From an uncultured Pseudomonadales bacterium (lineage in GTDB: Bacteria; Patescibacteriota; Microgenomatia; UBA1400; UBA12108), in the NCBI GenBank assembly GCA_964655755.1, contig CAZZNJ010000001.1:53250-117249 (forward strand): a stretch of DNA of 64,000 nt, given 5' to 3'. The notes under the pieces were generated by a model. That model searched no databases. It was not told the origin of the DNA and worked only from the letters and a program-made list of their open reading frames with translations. Below are positions 39,765-49,252 of this stretch, piece by piece. The position numbers were made by a program, and so were the translations under genes. The stretch's first letter is position 1. Each line of letters opens with the position of its first letter.

Positions 39765-40856
39765 ATGGCCAAGATTGTGCTTGACGCTAGATTTTACGGG
39801 ACCGAACACACCGGCCTCGGTCGCTATACCACCAACGTCCTCGCTCACTTGCCCCAGCTCCTCGCCCCACATGAGCTCTATGTCCTCCTGCGCCAAAAAT
39901 ACTATCACTCCTTAGTCCTCCCCCCCCACTGCACCAAAGTTTTGTTTGACGTTCCCCATTACTCTGCCCGCGAACAGTTCTTGCTCCCCCTCAAGCTCGC
40001 TACCCTCAAAGCCGACCTCCTCTATACTTTTCACTTTAACGCCCCGGTCCTGCTCAGGATCCCTGCCGTGATTACGATCCACGATTTGATCAAAACCTAT
40101 TTTTCGGCTCCCACCACCACGACCCGCTCCCCCCTCATCTTCAAACTCAAGCGTGCCGGCTACCGCTACGTTATGGCTCGCACCATTATCCAAGCGGCCG
40201 ATATTATTGTCCCCACCAACACGGTCAAAAACCAGCTCCTCGCCCACTATCCCCAGACCCCTCCGGAGCGTCTCCACCCCATCCCCGAGGCTCCCGATCC
40301 CATCTTCAAAAAACCTCCCAAACCGGAGCTCCAACCTTGGTCCTTGGACATTCCGACCAACTACTTGTTGTTTGTAGGCAACGCCTACCCCCACAAAAAT
40401 CTCAAGTTCTTGCTCGATGCGTTTAAGTCACTCCAAGATCCTGGGTTGCACCTCGTGATCGTCAGCCAGCCCAACGCTTTTCTCGCCCGCACCCTTGCCC
40501 CCTACGAAGCCCGGCTCATTCACCTTTTTGCCGATTTATCCGACGCGCAGCTCCAGTATCTCTATGCTCACGCTGCAGCCCTGGTCACCCCCTCGCTGAT
40601 GGAAGGGTACGGCCTCGTCGGACTCGAAGCCTTGATGGTCGGGACCCCAGTCCTCGCGAGCAACATCCCCGTCTACCGCGAAGTTTACGGCGATCGCGTC
40701 ACTTATTTTGATCCACACTCAAAGTCTGCCTTAGCGCGCGCCATCCAGACTGTCCTCAAACAAAAGCGGCCCCGCCCCTTAGCATTTGAGCGCAGCTGGC
40801 ATGACGTTGCCAAAAGCATTGCGGAGGTGATCCATGCGCGTTGCGCTAGTCTATGA
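39765..40856 (+). CDS. glycosyltransferase family 1/4 (GT-B)
   Basis: C-terminal SLMEGYGLVGLEALMVGTPVLASN. Confidence 0.7.
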   Translation: MAKIVLDARFYGTEHTGLGRYTTNVLAHLPQLLAPHELYVLLRQKYYHSLVLPPHCTKVLFDVPHYSAREQFLLPLKLATLKADLLYTFHFNAPVLLRIPAVITIHDLIKTYFSAPTTTTRSPLIFKLKRAGYRYVMARTIIQAADIIVPTNTVKNQLLAHYPQTPPERLHPIPEAPDPIFKKPPKPELQPWSLDIPTNYLLFVGNAYPHKNLKFLLDAFKSLQDPGLHLVIVSQPNAFLARTLAPYEARLIHLFADLSDAQLQYLYAHAAALVTPSLMEGYGLVGLEALMVGTPVLASNIPVYREVYGDRVTYFDPHSKSALARAIQTVLKQKRPRPLAFERSWHDVAKSIAEVIHARCASL

Positions 40857-41919
40857 CCGCCTCAACAAACTGGGGGGAGCGGAGCGGGTCTTGACCGCCT
40901 TTGCTTCGCTGTTTCCGCACGCCGATTGGTACACGAGCACCCACAACCCCACCAAGACTCCCTTTACCCAATCCTGGCGGGTGAACTCAAGTTTTCTCTC
41001 CCGCTTACCTTTTTTGCGGGACCACCACGAGTACTTGCCGCTCTTGATGCCTTTTATTTTTGAATCGTTTGAGTTTTCGGCATATGACCTCGTCATCAGT
41101 ATCGGTAGCGCCGAATGCAAAGGGGTGATCACCAAGCCCGGGACTACTCACTTGCACTACTGCCTCACCCCCACGCGCTACCTCTACTCCCACCATAAGC
41201 AGTATTTGCGTCACCCCCTCGCCCAGCTTGCGGCCCGGCCCTTGCGAGCTTGGGACCAGGTTGCCGCCACTCGGCCAGACATAATGATTGCAATAAGTAC
41301 TCAAGTGAAAAATAGAATTAAGCAGTACTATCACCGGGAGAGTGACGTCATCTACCCCCCGGTTGATACCGCCAAATACCAAAAAATGCTACCTAACCCC
41401 AGTACCCTCAAAGGGATTGACTTACCCCCTTCATATTTTCTCGTTGTCTCCCGCTTGGTGCCCTACAAAAAACTCGCCTTTTTGCTCCAAGTGTTTGCCC
41501 GGCTACCCTCCCAGCAGCTCGTGATCGCCGGGATAGGTAGTCAGGCCCGCGCCCTCCGGAAAGCTGCGCCCCCAAATGTGCGGTTCCTCGGCTACGTCCC
41601 TGAGCCACTGCTCCCAGCGCTCTACCGTCAGGCCACTGCCTACCTGCAGGCCAACGAAGAAGATTTTGGGATCAGTATGGTCGAGGCCAACGCGGCCGGG
41701 ACCCCCATTATTGCGTATGCCAAAGGCGGCTCCGCCGACATCGTGACCCCCCAAACAGGGATTTTGCTCCCCACTCATTCTCTCGATTTGTGGGCGACCA
41801 CGATTGACAATTTTCGTCCTAAGCGGTTTGATAGTGAGGCCTGCCGACAAAACGCCAGTCGCTTTGACCTCGCGCTCTGGAAGCAACAAATACAGGAAAG
41901 GATTAACTCCATCGTATGA
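40834..41919 (+). CDS. glycosyltransferase family 4 (GT-B)
   Basis: N-terminal VALVYDRLNKLGGAERV and C-terminal EDFGISMVEANAAGTPIIAY. Confidence 0.7.
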   Translation: MRVALVYDRLNKLGGAERVLTAFASLFPHADWYTSTHNPTKTPFTQSWRVNSSFLSRLPFLRDHHEYLPLLMPFIFESFEFSAYDLVISIGSAECKGVITKPGTTHLHYCLTPTRYLYSHHKQYLRHPLAQLAARPLRAWDQVAATRPDIMIAISTQVKNRIKQYYHRESDVIYPPVDTAKYQKMLPNPSTLKGIDLPPSYFLVVSRLVPYKKLAFLLQVFARLPSQQLVIAGIGSQARALRKAAPPNVRFLGYVPEPLLPALYRQATAYLQANEEDFGISMVEANAAGTPIIAYAKGGSADIVTPQTGILLPTHSLDLWATTIDNFRPKRFDSEACRQNASRFDLALWKQQIQERINSIV

Positions 41920-43019
41920 CCAATCAAGCTCATTTGTACGTTGTTATTTTGTGTGGCGGGGGAGGAACCAGGCTTTGGCCTCTCTCTCGGAACAAAACCC
42001 CCAAACAGTTTATCGACCTCGTGGGGACCGAGACTCTCTTTGAAAAAACCCTCAAACGTGCCCAAGCCATCGTGCCAAACGAGCAGATTTATATCATGAC
42101 CAACCGCGACTACGAAGCCGAGGTAGCAACCTACGCCGGGGAGATCCCCAAACGCAATATCATTGCCGAGCCACAAAAGAAAAATACTGCCTTGGCCATG
42201 GGTGTAATCGCTGGGATCATCCATGTTCGTGACCCCCAGGCAGTCATTATCAACCTCGCCTCAGACCACCTGATCTCCAACCTCCCTGAGTTCAAAAAAG
42301 CTATGCTCGCCGCGGCCCAGGTAGCCGGCGAGGGGGAGCGGTTTGTCACGGTTGGCATCACCCCGACCTTCCCCCACACGGGGCTCGGTTACATTCACGC
42401 CGACGGCGAAATCGGGCAGGTGAGTGGCCTCCCCGTTATCAAGGTAGCCGGTTTTCGCGAAAAACCAGACGAAAAAACTGCCAAGGAGTTCTTGGCTACC
42501 GGCCAGTATTACTGGAATGCCAACCTCTATACCTGGTCATCGGCCTTAATCCTCGCCGAATTTCAAAAGCACGCGCCCGCCCTTTCGGCTCATATCAAAG
42601 CGATTATGGCTGCTGTCGACCAACCTAGTTTTGCCCACGTCCTCAAACAAGAATATGAGGCCGCCCCCGAAGCCCAGATCGATACGGCTATTTCCGAAAA
42701 AACCACCAGCCTGGCTGTCATCCCTGGAGAGTTTGGGTGGACGGACATCGGTTCCTGGAATGTCGTCTACGACGAAGTCGAAAAAGATCCAGCGGGCAAC
42801 GCCCTTATCCTGCGCGAAGCTGGGGCCGATTGGTTGGCGATTGACACCAAAAACTCTCTCGTCTCGACCCACAAAAAACAAATTGTCACCCTCGGCTTAG
42901 AAAACGTCATCGTCGTTGATACCCCCGACGCGCTCCTAGTGGTCCACAAAGATCGCGCCCAGGACGTCAAAAAAGTTGTCGAAAAACTCAAAGCAGCCGA
43001 ACGTCAGGAACTACTCTAA
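41916..43019 (+). CDS. manC: mannose-1-phosphate guanylyltransferase (nucleotidyltransferase domain only)
   Basis: LYVVILCGGGGTRLWPLSRNKTPKQF and GYI..DGE match the ManC/CpsB family. Lacks the C-terminal PMI cupin domain. Confidence 0.8.
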   Translation: MTNQAHLYVVILCGGGGTRLWPLSRNKTPKQFIDLVGTETLFEKTLKRAQAIVPNEQIYIMTNRDYEAEVATYAGEIPKRNIIAEPQKKNTALAMGVIAGIIHVRDPQAVIINLASDHLISNLPEFKKAMLAAAQVAGEGERFVTVGITPTFPHTGLGYIHADGEIGQVSGLPVIKVAGFREKPDEKTAKEFLATGQYYWNANLYTWSSALILAEFQKHAPALSAHIKAIMAAVDQPSFAHVLKQEYEAAPEAQIDTAISEKTTSLAVIPGEFGWTDIGSWNVVYDEVEKDPAGNALILREAGADWLAIDTKNSLVSTHKKQIVTLGLENVIVVDTPDALLVVHKDRAQDVKKVVEKLKAAERQELL

Positions 43020-43021
43020 TT

Positions 43022-43648
43022 ATGTCTTACGAACCCCTCAAGCGCACTCTCGACATCACAGTAGCCTTGATCCTGATGCTTGTTTTTCTGCCGTTTTGGC
43101 TCATTGTCCCGGCTTTGATCGTCCTCACTAGCCCAGGTCCCATCCTCTACCGCCACAAGCGGGTAGGGAAGGGGGGCAAAGAATTTTTTATGTACAAATT
43201 CCGCTCCATGGTCACCGACGCCGACTTTATTCTGCACCACAAAAACAAGGATTTACTCAAAAAATTCAAAGCCGGTGACTGGAAACTGGAGGCCAAGGAT
43301 GATCCCCGCATCACCCCGCTCGGCCGGGTCCTGCGGGCCCTCACCATCGACGAGTTTCCGCAGATCTACAACGTCTTAACTGGCGACATGAGTATGGTCG
43401 GTCCCCGGGCTTACCTCGAACGGGAGCTCACCGAACAAGTCAAAAAATATCCTTCTGCCAAGGCGCATATCCCCCTCGTGCTCTCCGTCAAACCCGGCAT
43501 CACTGGTCTCTGGCAAGTCTCGGGGCGCAACGAAGTTACGTTTGACAAACGGGCCGAGCTTGACGCACAATATGTCAAAAGGATGAGCCTATGGACGGAT
43601 CTAAAGATACTCTTGAAAACTCCCCAAGCCATGATCAGCAAATGGTAG
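43022..43648 (+). CDS. initiating polyprenyl-phosphate sugar-1-phosphate transferase (Bac_transf, small monotopic PGT, PglC/WbaP-C-like)
   Basis: KRTLDITVALILMLVFLP...ILYRHKRVGKGGKEFFMYKFRSM...DEFPQIYNVLTGDMSMVGPRA. Confidence 0.85.
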   Translation: MSYEPLKRTLDITVALILMLVFLPFWLIVPALIVLTSPGPILYRHKRVGKGGKEFFMYKFRSMVTDADFILHHKNKDLLKKFKAGDWKLEAKDDPRITPLGRVLRALTIDEFPQIYNVLTGDMSMVGPRAYLERELTEQVKKYPSAKAHIPLVLSVKPGITGLWQVSGRNEVTFDKRAELDAQYVKRMSLWTDLKILLKTPQAMISKW

Positions 43649-45567
43649 TGGAGCCTGCCTCAAACCCAGCGAGTTTGGTCGAGCCAACCCCCACCAAAAA
43701 GCCCCTCTTTAAGCGCCCCTGGTTCATAATTCTTTTAACTTTAACCTTTACACTTTTAACAATCCTTGGTTACCTCGGTTTTGTGGCTTACCAGACCTAC
43801 GCCAAACTCGGCGCAGTCGAGACGCATGGTAAGGCTGCTGCCACCGCTTTTCAGGCCAGGGATCTCCAGACTGCCAAAACCGAGCTGGCTTCGACCAAAG
43901 CTGCCTTAGCCGAAGCCGACCGTGCCTACCAGGGCGCCAAACCGCTTATGGTCCTGCCTCTGCTCGGGGCTTACCTCCAGGATGGGGAGCGCCTCTTTGT
44001 GGCCGGCTCCCTCGGGGTCGAAGTCGGGGAGATGGTGATCAATGCCATCGAGCCCTACGCCGAACTCATGGGCTTTACTGGCACCTCCACATTGGATCCG
44101 AGCCTCGAAACCGCGGAGTCACGCATCATTTTTGTTGCCGAAACCGTCGAAAAACTGGCCCCCGAAATGGACAAGATCAATGCCAAACTCCAACAAATCG
44201 ATACCGCGATCCAGGGGATCAACGAGAACCGCTACCCCAAAACCGTCAGTGGTGTCAATGTCCGGGAAAACCTTGTCTCCGCCAAGGCTACTGTCTCTAG
44301 TCTCGCCAACTCACTCAGCAACTTTCAGCCCATCGTCAAGCTGCTCCCCGACCTCCTCGGCAACCCCGATCCCCGCAAATACCTCCTCCTTTTCCAGAAC
44401 GACGCCGAGCTGCGCGCAACGGGCGGCTTTTTAACTGCTTATGCCACGCTCACCATTACCAAAGGCAAGATTGAACCCGGTATCTCCGAGGATATCTATA
44501 CGCTCGACAACGGCTTTAAGCGCAAAGTCCCAGCCCCCGACCCAATCAAAAAATACCTCCCCCTCGTTTACAACTGGAACCTCCGGGACATGAATCTCTC
44601 CCCCGACTTCAAAGTTAGCATGGACACCTTTACGACTTACATGAAAGAGAGCAGTGTCGCCCCAGAGTACGACGCCCTTATTGCCATCGATACCGAGGTC
44701 CCAGTCCGCATCCTCAAAGTCCTCGGACCCATCGGGGTGCCGGGATACGGGGGCAAATTTAGTGCCGAGAACGATCCCCGTTGCGACTGTCCCCAGGTGA
44801 TTTACGAACTCGAAAACATTATTACTCGTCCGACCTACGAGATTAGGGAGGGGCGCAAAAGCATCCTCGGTCCGCTCATGAACAGTATGCTCGCCAACAT
44901 GATGGGGAGCCCCAAAGCCAAATGGGCCGAGTTCTTTAACATTTTTGTCGAGAGTATCGAACAAAAACATCTCCTGATGTACTTTAAAGACGAAAACAAA
45001 CAGCTAGCTGCCGAAGCTCTCGGTGCTGCCGGCCGGATCAAGGCCTATGACAGCGGTGACTACCTCCACATTAACGATAGCAACTTTGCCGGGGCCAAGA
45101 GCAACCTCTTTGTCGAGTCCGAGGTCACCCAGGACATTACCGTTAACGACGACGGGAGTGCCACCAAAAAACTCACCCTGACCTACAAAAATCCCCAAAA
45201 AGGCGACAACTGCAACCTCGAAGCCGGCCAGCTCTGTCTCAACGGGCTGCTGCGGAGCTGGAACCGCCTCTACGTCCCCAAGGGGAGCGTCCTCAAGAGT
45301 GGACGAGGGTTTGAGGCCGATATGGAGACCAGTGAAGACCTGGGCTACACCGTGCTCGAAGGCTTCTTTACCTTGGCGCCTCAATCAGTCAAGAAACTCG
45401 AGATCGAATACACCCTTCCCCCTGGCACGATCAAAGGCGACAACTACCAGCTCCTTATCCAAAATCAGCCTGGGACCGACCCCGTCAAGCACACTATTAC
45501 TATTAGCGGCGCCAAACCCAAAGTCTTTACCATCGACTCCGACCAAGAAATCACAATCGCCAGATAA
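43642..45567 (+). CDS. DUF4012-like membrane-anchored extracytoplasmic protein
   Basis: N-terminal TM anchor and a central LLLFQNDAELRATGGFLTAYA motif characteristic of DUF4012. The start is ambiguous (43591 or 43642). Confidence 0.45.
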   Translation: MVVEPASNPASLVEPTPTKKPLFKRPWFIILLTLTFTLLTILGYLGFVAYQTYAKLGAVETHGKAAATAFQARDLQTAKTELASTKAALAEADRAYQGAKPLMVLPLLGAYLQDGERLFVAGSLGVEVGEMVINAIEPYAELMGFTGTSTLDPSLETAESRIIFVAETVEKLAPEMDKINAKLQQIDTAIQGINENRYPKTVSGVNVRENLVSAKATVSSLANSLSNFQPIVKLLPDLLGNPDPRKYLLLFQNDAELRATGGFLTAYATLTITKGKIEPGISEDIYTLDNGFKRKVPAPDPIKKYLPLVYNWNLRDMNLSPDFKVSMDTFTTYMKESSVAPEYDALIAIDTEVPVRILKVLGPIGVPGYGGKFSAENDPRCDCPQVIYELENIITRPTYEIREGRKSILGPLMNSMLANMMGSPKAKWAEFFNIFVESIEQKHLLMYFKDENKQLAAEALGAAGRIKAYDSGDYLHINDSNFAGAKSNLFVESEVTQDITVNDDGSATKKLTLTYKNPQKGDNCNLEAGQLCLNGLLRSWNRLYVPKGSVLKSGRGFEADMETSEDLGYTVLEGFFTLAPQSVKKLEIEYTLPPGTIKGDNYQLLIQNQPGTDPVKHTITISGAKPKVFTIDSDQEITIAR

Positions 45568-45570
45568 CCC

Positions 45571-45640
45571 GGTTTCTTATTTTTGATTTCTAATTTAGAA
45601 TTTGTTTAGAATTTCGGATTTTGGATTTCGAATTTATTGT
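45571..45640 (+). promoter_or_regulatory. AT-rich repeat-laden upstream region of recO (TTAGAATTT x2, GGATTT x2, CGAATTT)
   Basis: Direct repeats read from sequence in an otherwise GC-rich context. Confidence 0.3.
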
Positions 45641-46153
45641 ATGAAGTATCACAAACTCCACGCTATTGTCCTCAACCGTCGCAACATCAGTGATGCCGAT
45701 CGTTTTGTGACCCTCTACACTCTCGAACGGGGCAAACTAGATGTCTATGCCCGTAGTGTGCGCGCCCTCAAATCCAAGCGCTTAGCCAGCCTCGATCTTT
45801 TTACTCAGATTACCTGCGAAGTCATCGAGAAAAATAACCGCCACACCCTCACACAGGTCGATCTCCTCCGCTCCCACCAACGGAGCAAAACCAGCCTCCC
45901 CAACATCTCCCGCCTCTTTCAGATCGGTGAGCTAGTAGACAAGCTCACGGCCGAGGATGACCCGCATCCCGCCATCTATCATTTGCTCGACACTGCCCTC
46001 ACACACCTGCACCGCTTTGACACGCCCGAGTACTTGACCAGATTCAAAAAAAAGCTCTTGACCGAGCTCGGGTTTGACCCCAACCCCGCTGACCTCGACA
46101 CTTATATCGACTCCCTCCTCACCCGCCCCCTCCGGACTAGACAAATCCTATAG
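45641..46153 (+). CDS. recO: DNA repair protein RecO (short form)
   Basis: N-terminal OB-fold pattern HAIVLNRRNISDADRFVTLYTLERGKL..YARSVRALKSKRLASLDLFT. Confidence 0.55.
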   Translation: MKYHKLHAIVLNRRNISDADRFVTLYTLERGKLDVYARSVRALKSKRLASLDLFTQITCEVIEKNNRHTLTQVDLLRSHQRSKTSLPNISRLFQIGELVDKLTAEDDPHPAIYHLLDTALTHLHRFDTPEYLTRFKKKLLTELGFDPNPADLDTYIDSLLTRPLRTRQIL

Positions 46154-46173
46154 ACTATATATAATTTCAGATT

Positions 46174-46437
46174 ATGAGATATTTTGCGAGTCTAAGTCCA
46201 GAAAATCAAAAGCTAGGGTATGAGCTAAAAGCCGATGGAGAGATAGTTCAAATACCATATGAGATTCTATTTGGCAAAACTGTCGTGTTATCTACACATA
46301 ATCAGAAATTAGGTGCACAATTAGCAATTAGCGTCACCGCTACTCACGAAGATGCCAGATTATATCTTAATGGTGAGGCTCAAGATCCAGACAAATTACC
46401 TACTTCTATATCAATCTTCGAATTTACTGCTAATTAG
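46174..46437 (+). CDS. small hypothetical protein (87 aa) in AT-rich islet
   Basis: ORF only. Local GC far below flanks. Confidence 0.3.
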   Translation: MRYFASLSPENQKLGYELKADGEIVQIPYEILFGKTVVLSTHNQKLGAQLAISVTATHEDARLYLNGEAQDPDKLPTSISIFEFTAN

Positions 46438-46470
46438 CCGTATATATTATTTTTCTGATATCATAATCAC

Positions 46471-47853
46471 ATGGTTACTCTTAACGACATCGTTAGTCTC
46501 GCAAAAAGGCGCGGCTTTTTTTATCCTGGGTCAGACATCTACGGCGGCCTCGCCAACACCTGGGACTACGGTCCCTTAGGGGCTGAGCTAAAGAAAAAGA
46601 TCAAAGATCTCTGGTGGGAAACCTTTGTCACCCGGCGCTCCGATATGGTGGGGCTGGACTCAGCCGTCATTAGTAGTAGCAAGGTCTGGGAAGCTTCGGG
46701 CCACGTGGCTAGCTTTGCCGACGCCATGGTGGACTGCAAAACCTGCCACTCCCGCACCCGCGCCGACCACCTAATCGAGAATTTTTTTGAAAAAAAAGGT
46801 CAACAAATCAAAGTCGAAGGCAAGCCACTCTCCGAACTCTCTAGTCTGATCAAAGACAATCAGATCAAATGCCCGGTCTGCGGCGGCAAAGACCTCACCG
46901 ACGCCCGCAACTTTAACCTCCTCTTTCCCGTTCACTTGGGCATCCTGGCCGAGACCGCCGACCTCGCTTACCTGCGGGGCGAGACAGCCCAGGGGATTTT
47001 TACCAACTTCAAAAACGTGACGGATAGTACCCGGGTGCGGCTACCTTTTGGGGTCGCCCAGCTCGGCAAAAGTTTTCGCAACGAAATCACCAAAGGGCAG
47101 GCGACTTTTCGCACCATCGAGTTTGAGCAAGGGGAGATCGAGTACTTCTTTAACCCCGCACTTAGCAACTGGGAGGAGTTGTTTGAGGGCTGGCTCACCC
47201 AAATGAAAAATTTTGTGACCAATACCCTCGGGATCAACGCCGACAATCTCCGGGTCCGCGAACACGACGACAAGGAGCGTAGTTTTTATAGCAAACGCAC
47301 CGTCGATCTCGAATACAACTATCCTTTTGGCTTCAAAGAGCTCTGGGGGCTGGCTTACCGCACCGACTACGATCTGCAGGCTCATATCAAACACAGTGGG
47401 GTAGATCTGAGCTACCTCGATCCCGCCACCAATACCAAATTGGTCCCGCACGTTATCGAGCCCGCTGTCGGGATCGATCGCCTAGTCCTCATGGTCCTGT
47501 GCGACGCTTATTGGCACGACACCGCCAACAACCGGATAGTCCTCAAGCTCGCCCCCAAACTCGCCCCCTACACAGTTGCTGTCTTTCCACTTGTCAAAAA
47601 TCACGAGGCCATCGTCACAAAAGCCAAGGCGATTTTTGCCTCGCTCCAGTCCCAATATCGGGTGGCCTGGGATGACCGCGGCAACATCGGCAAACGCTAT
47701 TACTACCAAGACGAAATGGGTACGCCCTACTGTGTCACGGTCGATCACCAGACGCTCGAAGACGGCACCGTCACGCTCCGCGAGCGCGACACCACCAACC
47801 AGCAACGCCTAACTCTAGACCAATTACCGGCTACCTTGGAGAAACTGCTATGA
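46471..47853 (+). CDS. glyQS: glycine--tRNA ligase (class II, single-chain GlyQS type)
   Basis: N-terminal RRGFFYPGSDIYGGLANTWDYGPLG, a zinc-finger CPVCG, and class II motifs. Confidence 0.9.
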   Translation: MVTLNDIVSLAKRRGFFYPGSDIYGGLANTWDYGPLGAELKKKIKDLWWETFVTRRSDMVGLDSAVISSSKVWEASGHVASFADAMVDCKTCHSRTRADHLIENFFEKKGQQIKVEGKPLSELSSLIKDNQIKCPVCGGKDLTDARNFNLLFPVHLGILAETADLAYLRGETAQGIFTNFKNVTDSTRVRLPFGVAQLGKSFRNEITKGQATFRTIEFEQGEIEYFFNPALSNWEELFEGWLTQMKNFVTNTLGINADNLRVREHDDKERSFYSKRTVDLEYNYPFGFKELWGLAYRTDYDLQAHIKHSGVDLSYLDPATNTKLVPHVIEPAVGIDRLVLMVLCDAYWHDTANNRIVLKLAPKLAPYTVAVFPLVKNHEAIVTKAKAIFASLQSQYRVAWDDRGNIGKRYYYQDEMGTPYCVTVDHQTLEDGTVTLRERDTTNQQRLTLDQLPATLEKLL

Positions 47854-48650
47854 ACAAAAAACTGCTCGCTGCCCTGATCGGGATCGTCGTTGCTGTGGTC
47901 GCCGGCGTCTTGGTGCTGAACAACAAAGCCCAAAAACCCGCCCCCGCCGTGGTCGACGACGAGCTGGATCTCCCCATCAACACTATTCCCCAGTCCGAGC
48001 GTCCCTTTATTACCCTTTCCCCCGACGCCTCTGGTCGGAGTCTCGACCTCTACGTCCTTGGCGCCCCCACCGCCGGTGAGCTCGAATACGAGCTGGTTTA
48101 CCAGACTGCCGAAGTCCAAGAAGGGGTGTTTGGCCGCCTCGATTTAGACACCGAAAAACAGCCAGTGGTCAAAAGCCTCCTCCTCGGTAGCAAATCCGCC
48201 GGTGGCAAGGTGACCTATCACGAAGGGGTCTCGGGCGGCACCGTGACCGTGACCTACGGGACAACTCGCCTCAAAGAAAGCTTTAATTACCTCCAATTTG
48301 ATCCGACCGATCCCACTCTCCTCTCGACTGACGGCCGGTTTACTGCCACACTCCCCAAAACTGCCCTCAAAGAGGGGACCCGGGTCCTCACCATGAAGAC
48401 TTTTGGCTATTCCAAGCTCGGCTTGCCCGACTCAGCCAAAGTCGTGGCCGGCCCCTACCACCTCGCTTATGCGAGCGCGCCCAAAGGGGAGGGGAGTATA
48501 GAGCTTAAGCTCCCGGCTGGTGAGCACGTCAACCCCACCCTCTATGGTTGGGACGGTAATAGTTGGACCAAGCTCGCCACCAAGCTCGTCGGCGAGAGCG
48601 TAACCACTACCGTCACCAAACCGAGCGCCTACCTCGTCCTCGCTGACTAA
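47850..48650 (+). CDS. hypothetical extracytoplasmic protein with N-terminal signal/anchor
   Basis: N-terminal KKLLAALIGIVVAVVAGVLVL hydrophobic segment followed by a Thr/Val-rich beta-like sequence. Confidence 0.4.
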   Translation: MNKKLLAALIGIVVAVVAGVLVLNNKAQKPAPAVVDDELDLPINTIPQSERPFITLSPDASGRSLDLYVLGAPTAGELEYELVYQTAEVQEGVFGRLDLDTEKQPVVKSLLLGSKSAGGKVTYHEGVSGGTVTVTYGTTRLKESFNYLQFDPTDPTLLSTDGRFTATLPKTALKEGTRVLTMKTFGYSKLGLPDSAKVVAGPYHLAYASAPKGEGSIELKLPAGEHVNPTLYGWDGNSWTKLATKLVGESVTTTVTKPSAYLVLAD

Positions 48651-48755
48651 CCCTCTTTTTTGCCCCTCTTCTTCCCGATTTTGCATAACCCATAACTTGT
48701 AGTTCGGGTACTGTTCGGCTTTTGTATCAAACCACTATTTCCTAGTGCTAAATAG

Positions 48756-48790
48756 TTGACAAATATATCAAACTTGACGTATATTTATAT
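48756..48790 (+). promoter_or_regulatory. candidate dcw promoter: TTGACA ... TTGACG direct repeat with TATATT -10-like box upstream of mraZ
   Basis: The sequence agTTGACAaatatatcaaacTTGACGtaTATTTATAT sits 30-60 nt upstream of the mraZ ATG. Confidence 0.35.
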
Positions 48791-48818
48791 GTAGGAATAA
48801 ACAGGAAAAAGATCTTAT

Positions 48819-49250
48819 ATGTTTGTAGGAACTTACTACCACACGCTCGAAGATCAAAACCGGATTTCCATCCCCAAGTCCTTTCGCACCGACCTAACTC
48901 CAGGCTCCGTCATCACTTATGGCCTCGACGGCTGTCTCTTTCTCTTTACGGCCGATAGTTGGAGTAAGCTCACCGACAAACTCACGGCGCTGCCCTTAAC
49001 CAGCAAACCTGCCCGAGATTTTCTGAGGCTCCTCACTTACAACGCAACGCCGGTCGAGGTGGACAAACTTGGGCGCACCAAACTGAGTGCCAATATTTGC
49101 CAACTCGCCGGTCTCAAAAAAGACGTAGTGTTTGCGGGGGCCTTAACCCGGGTCGAGATCTGGGACAAAGCGCGCTATCACGCCTACGTCGATGGTCTAA
49201 ACTCCCAAGCCGGGGAACTCGAAAATACCTTAGCTGAGCTCGGGATCTAA
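48819..49250 (+). CDS. mraZ: transcriptional regulator MraZ
   Basis: MFVGTYYHTLEDQNRISIPKSFR. Duplicated SpoVT/AbrB-like halves. Precedes rsmH. Confidence 0.9.
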   Translation: MFVGTYYHTLEDQNRISIPKSFRTDLTPGSVITYGLDGCLFLFTADSWSKLTDKLTALPLTSKPARDFLRLLTYNATPVEVDKLGRTKLSANICQLAGLKKDVVFAGALTRVEIWDKARYHAYVDGLNSQAGELENTLAELGI

Positions 49251-49252
49251 CT

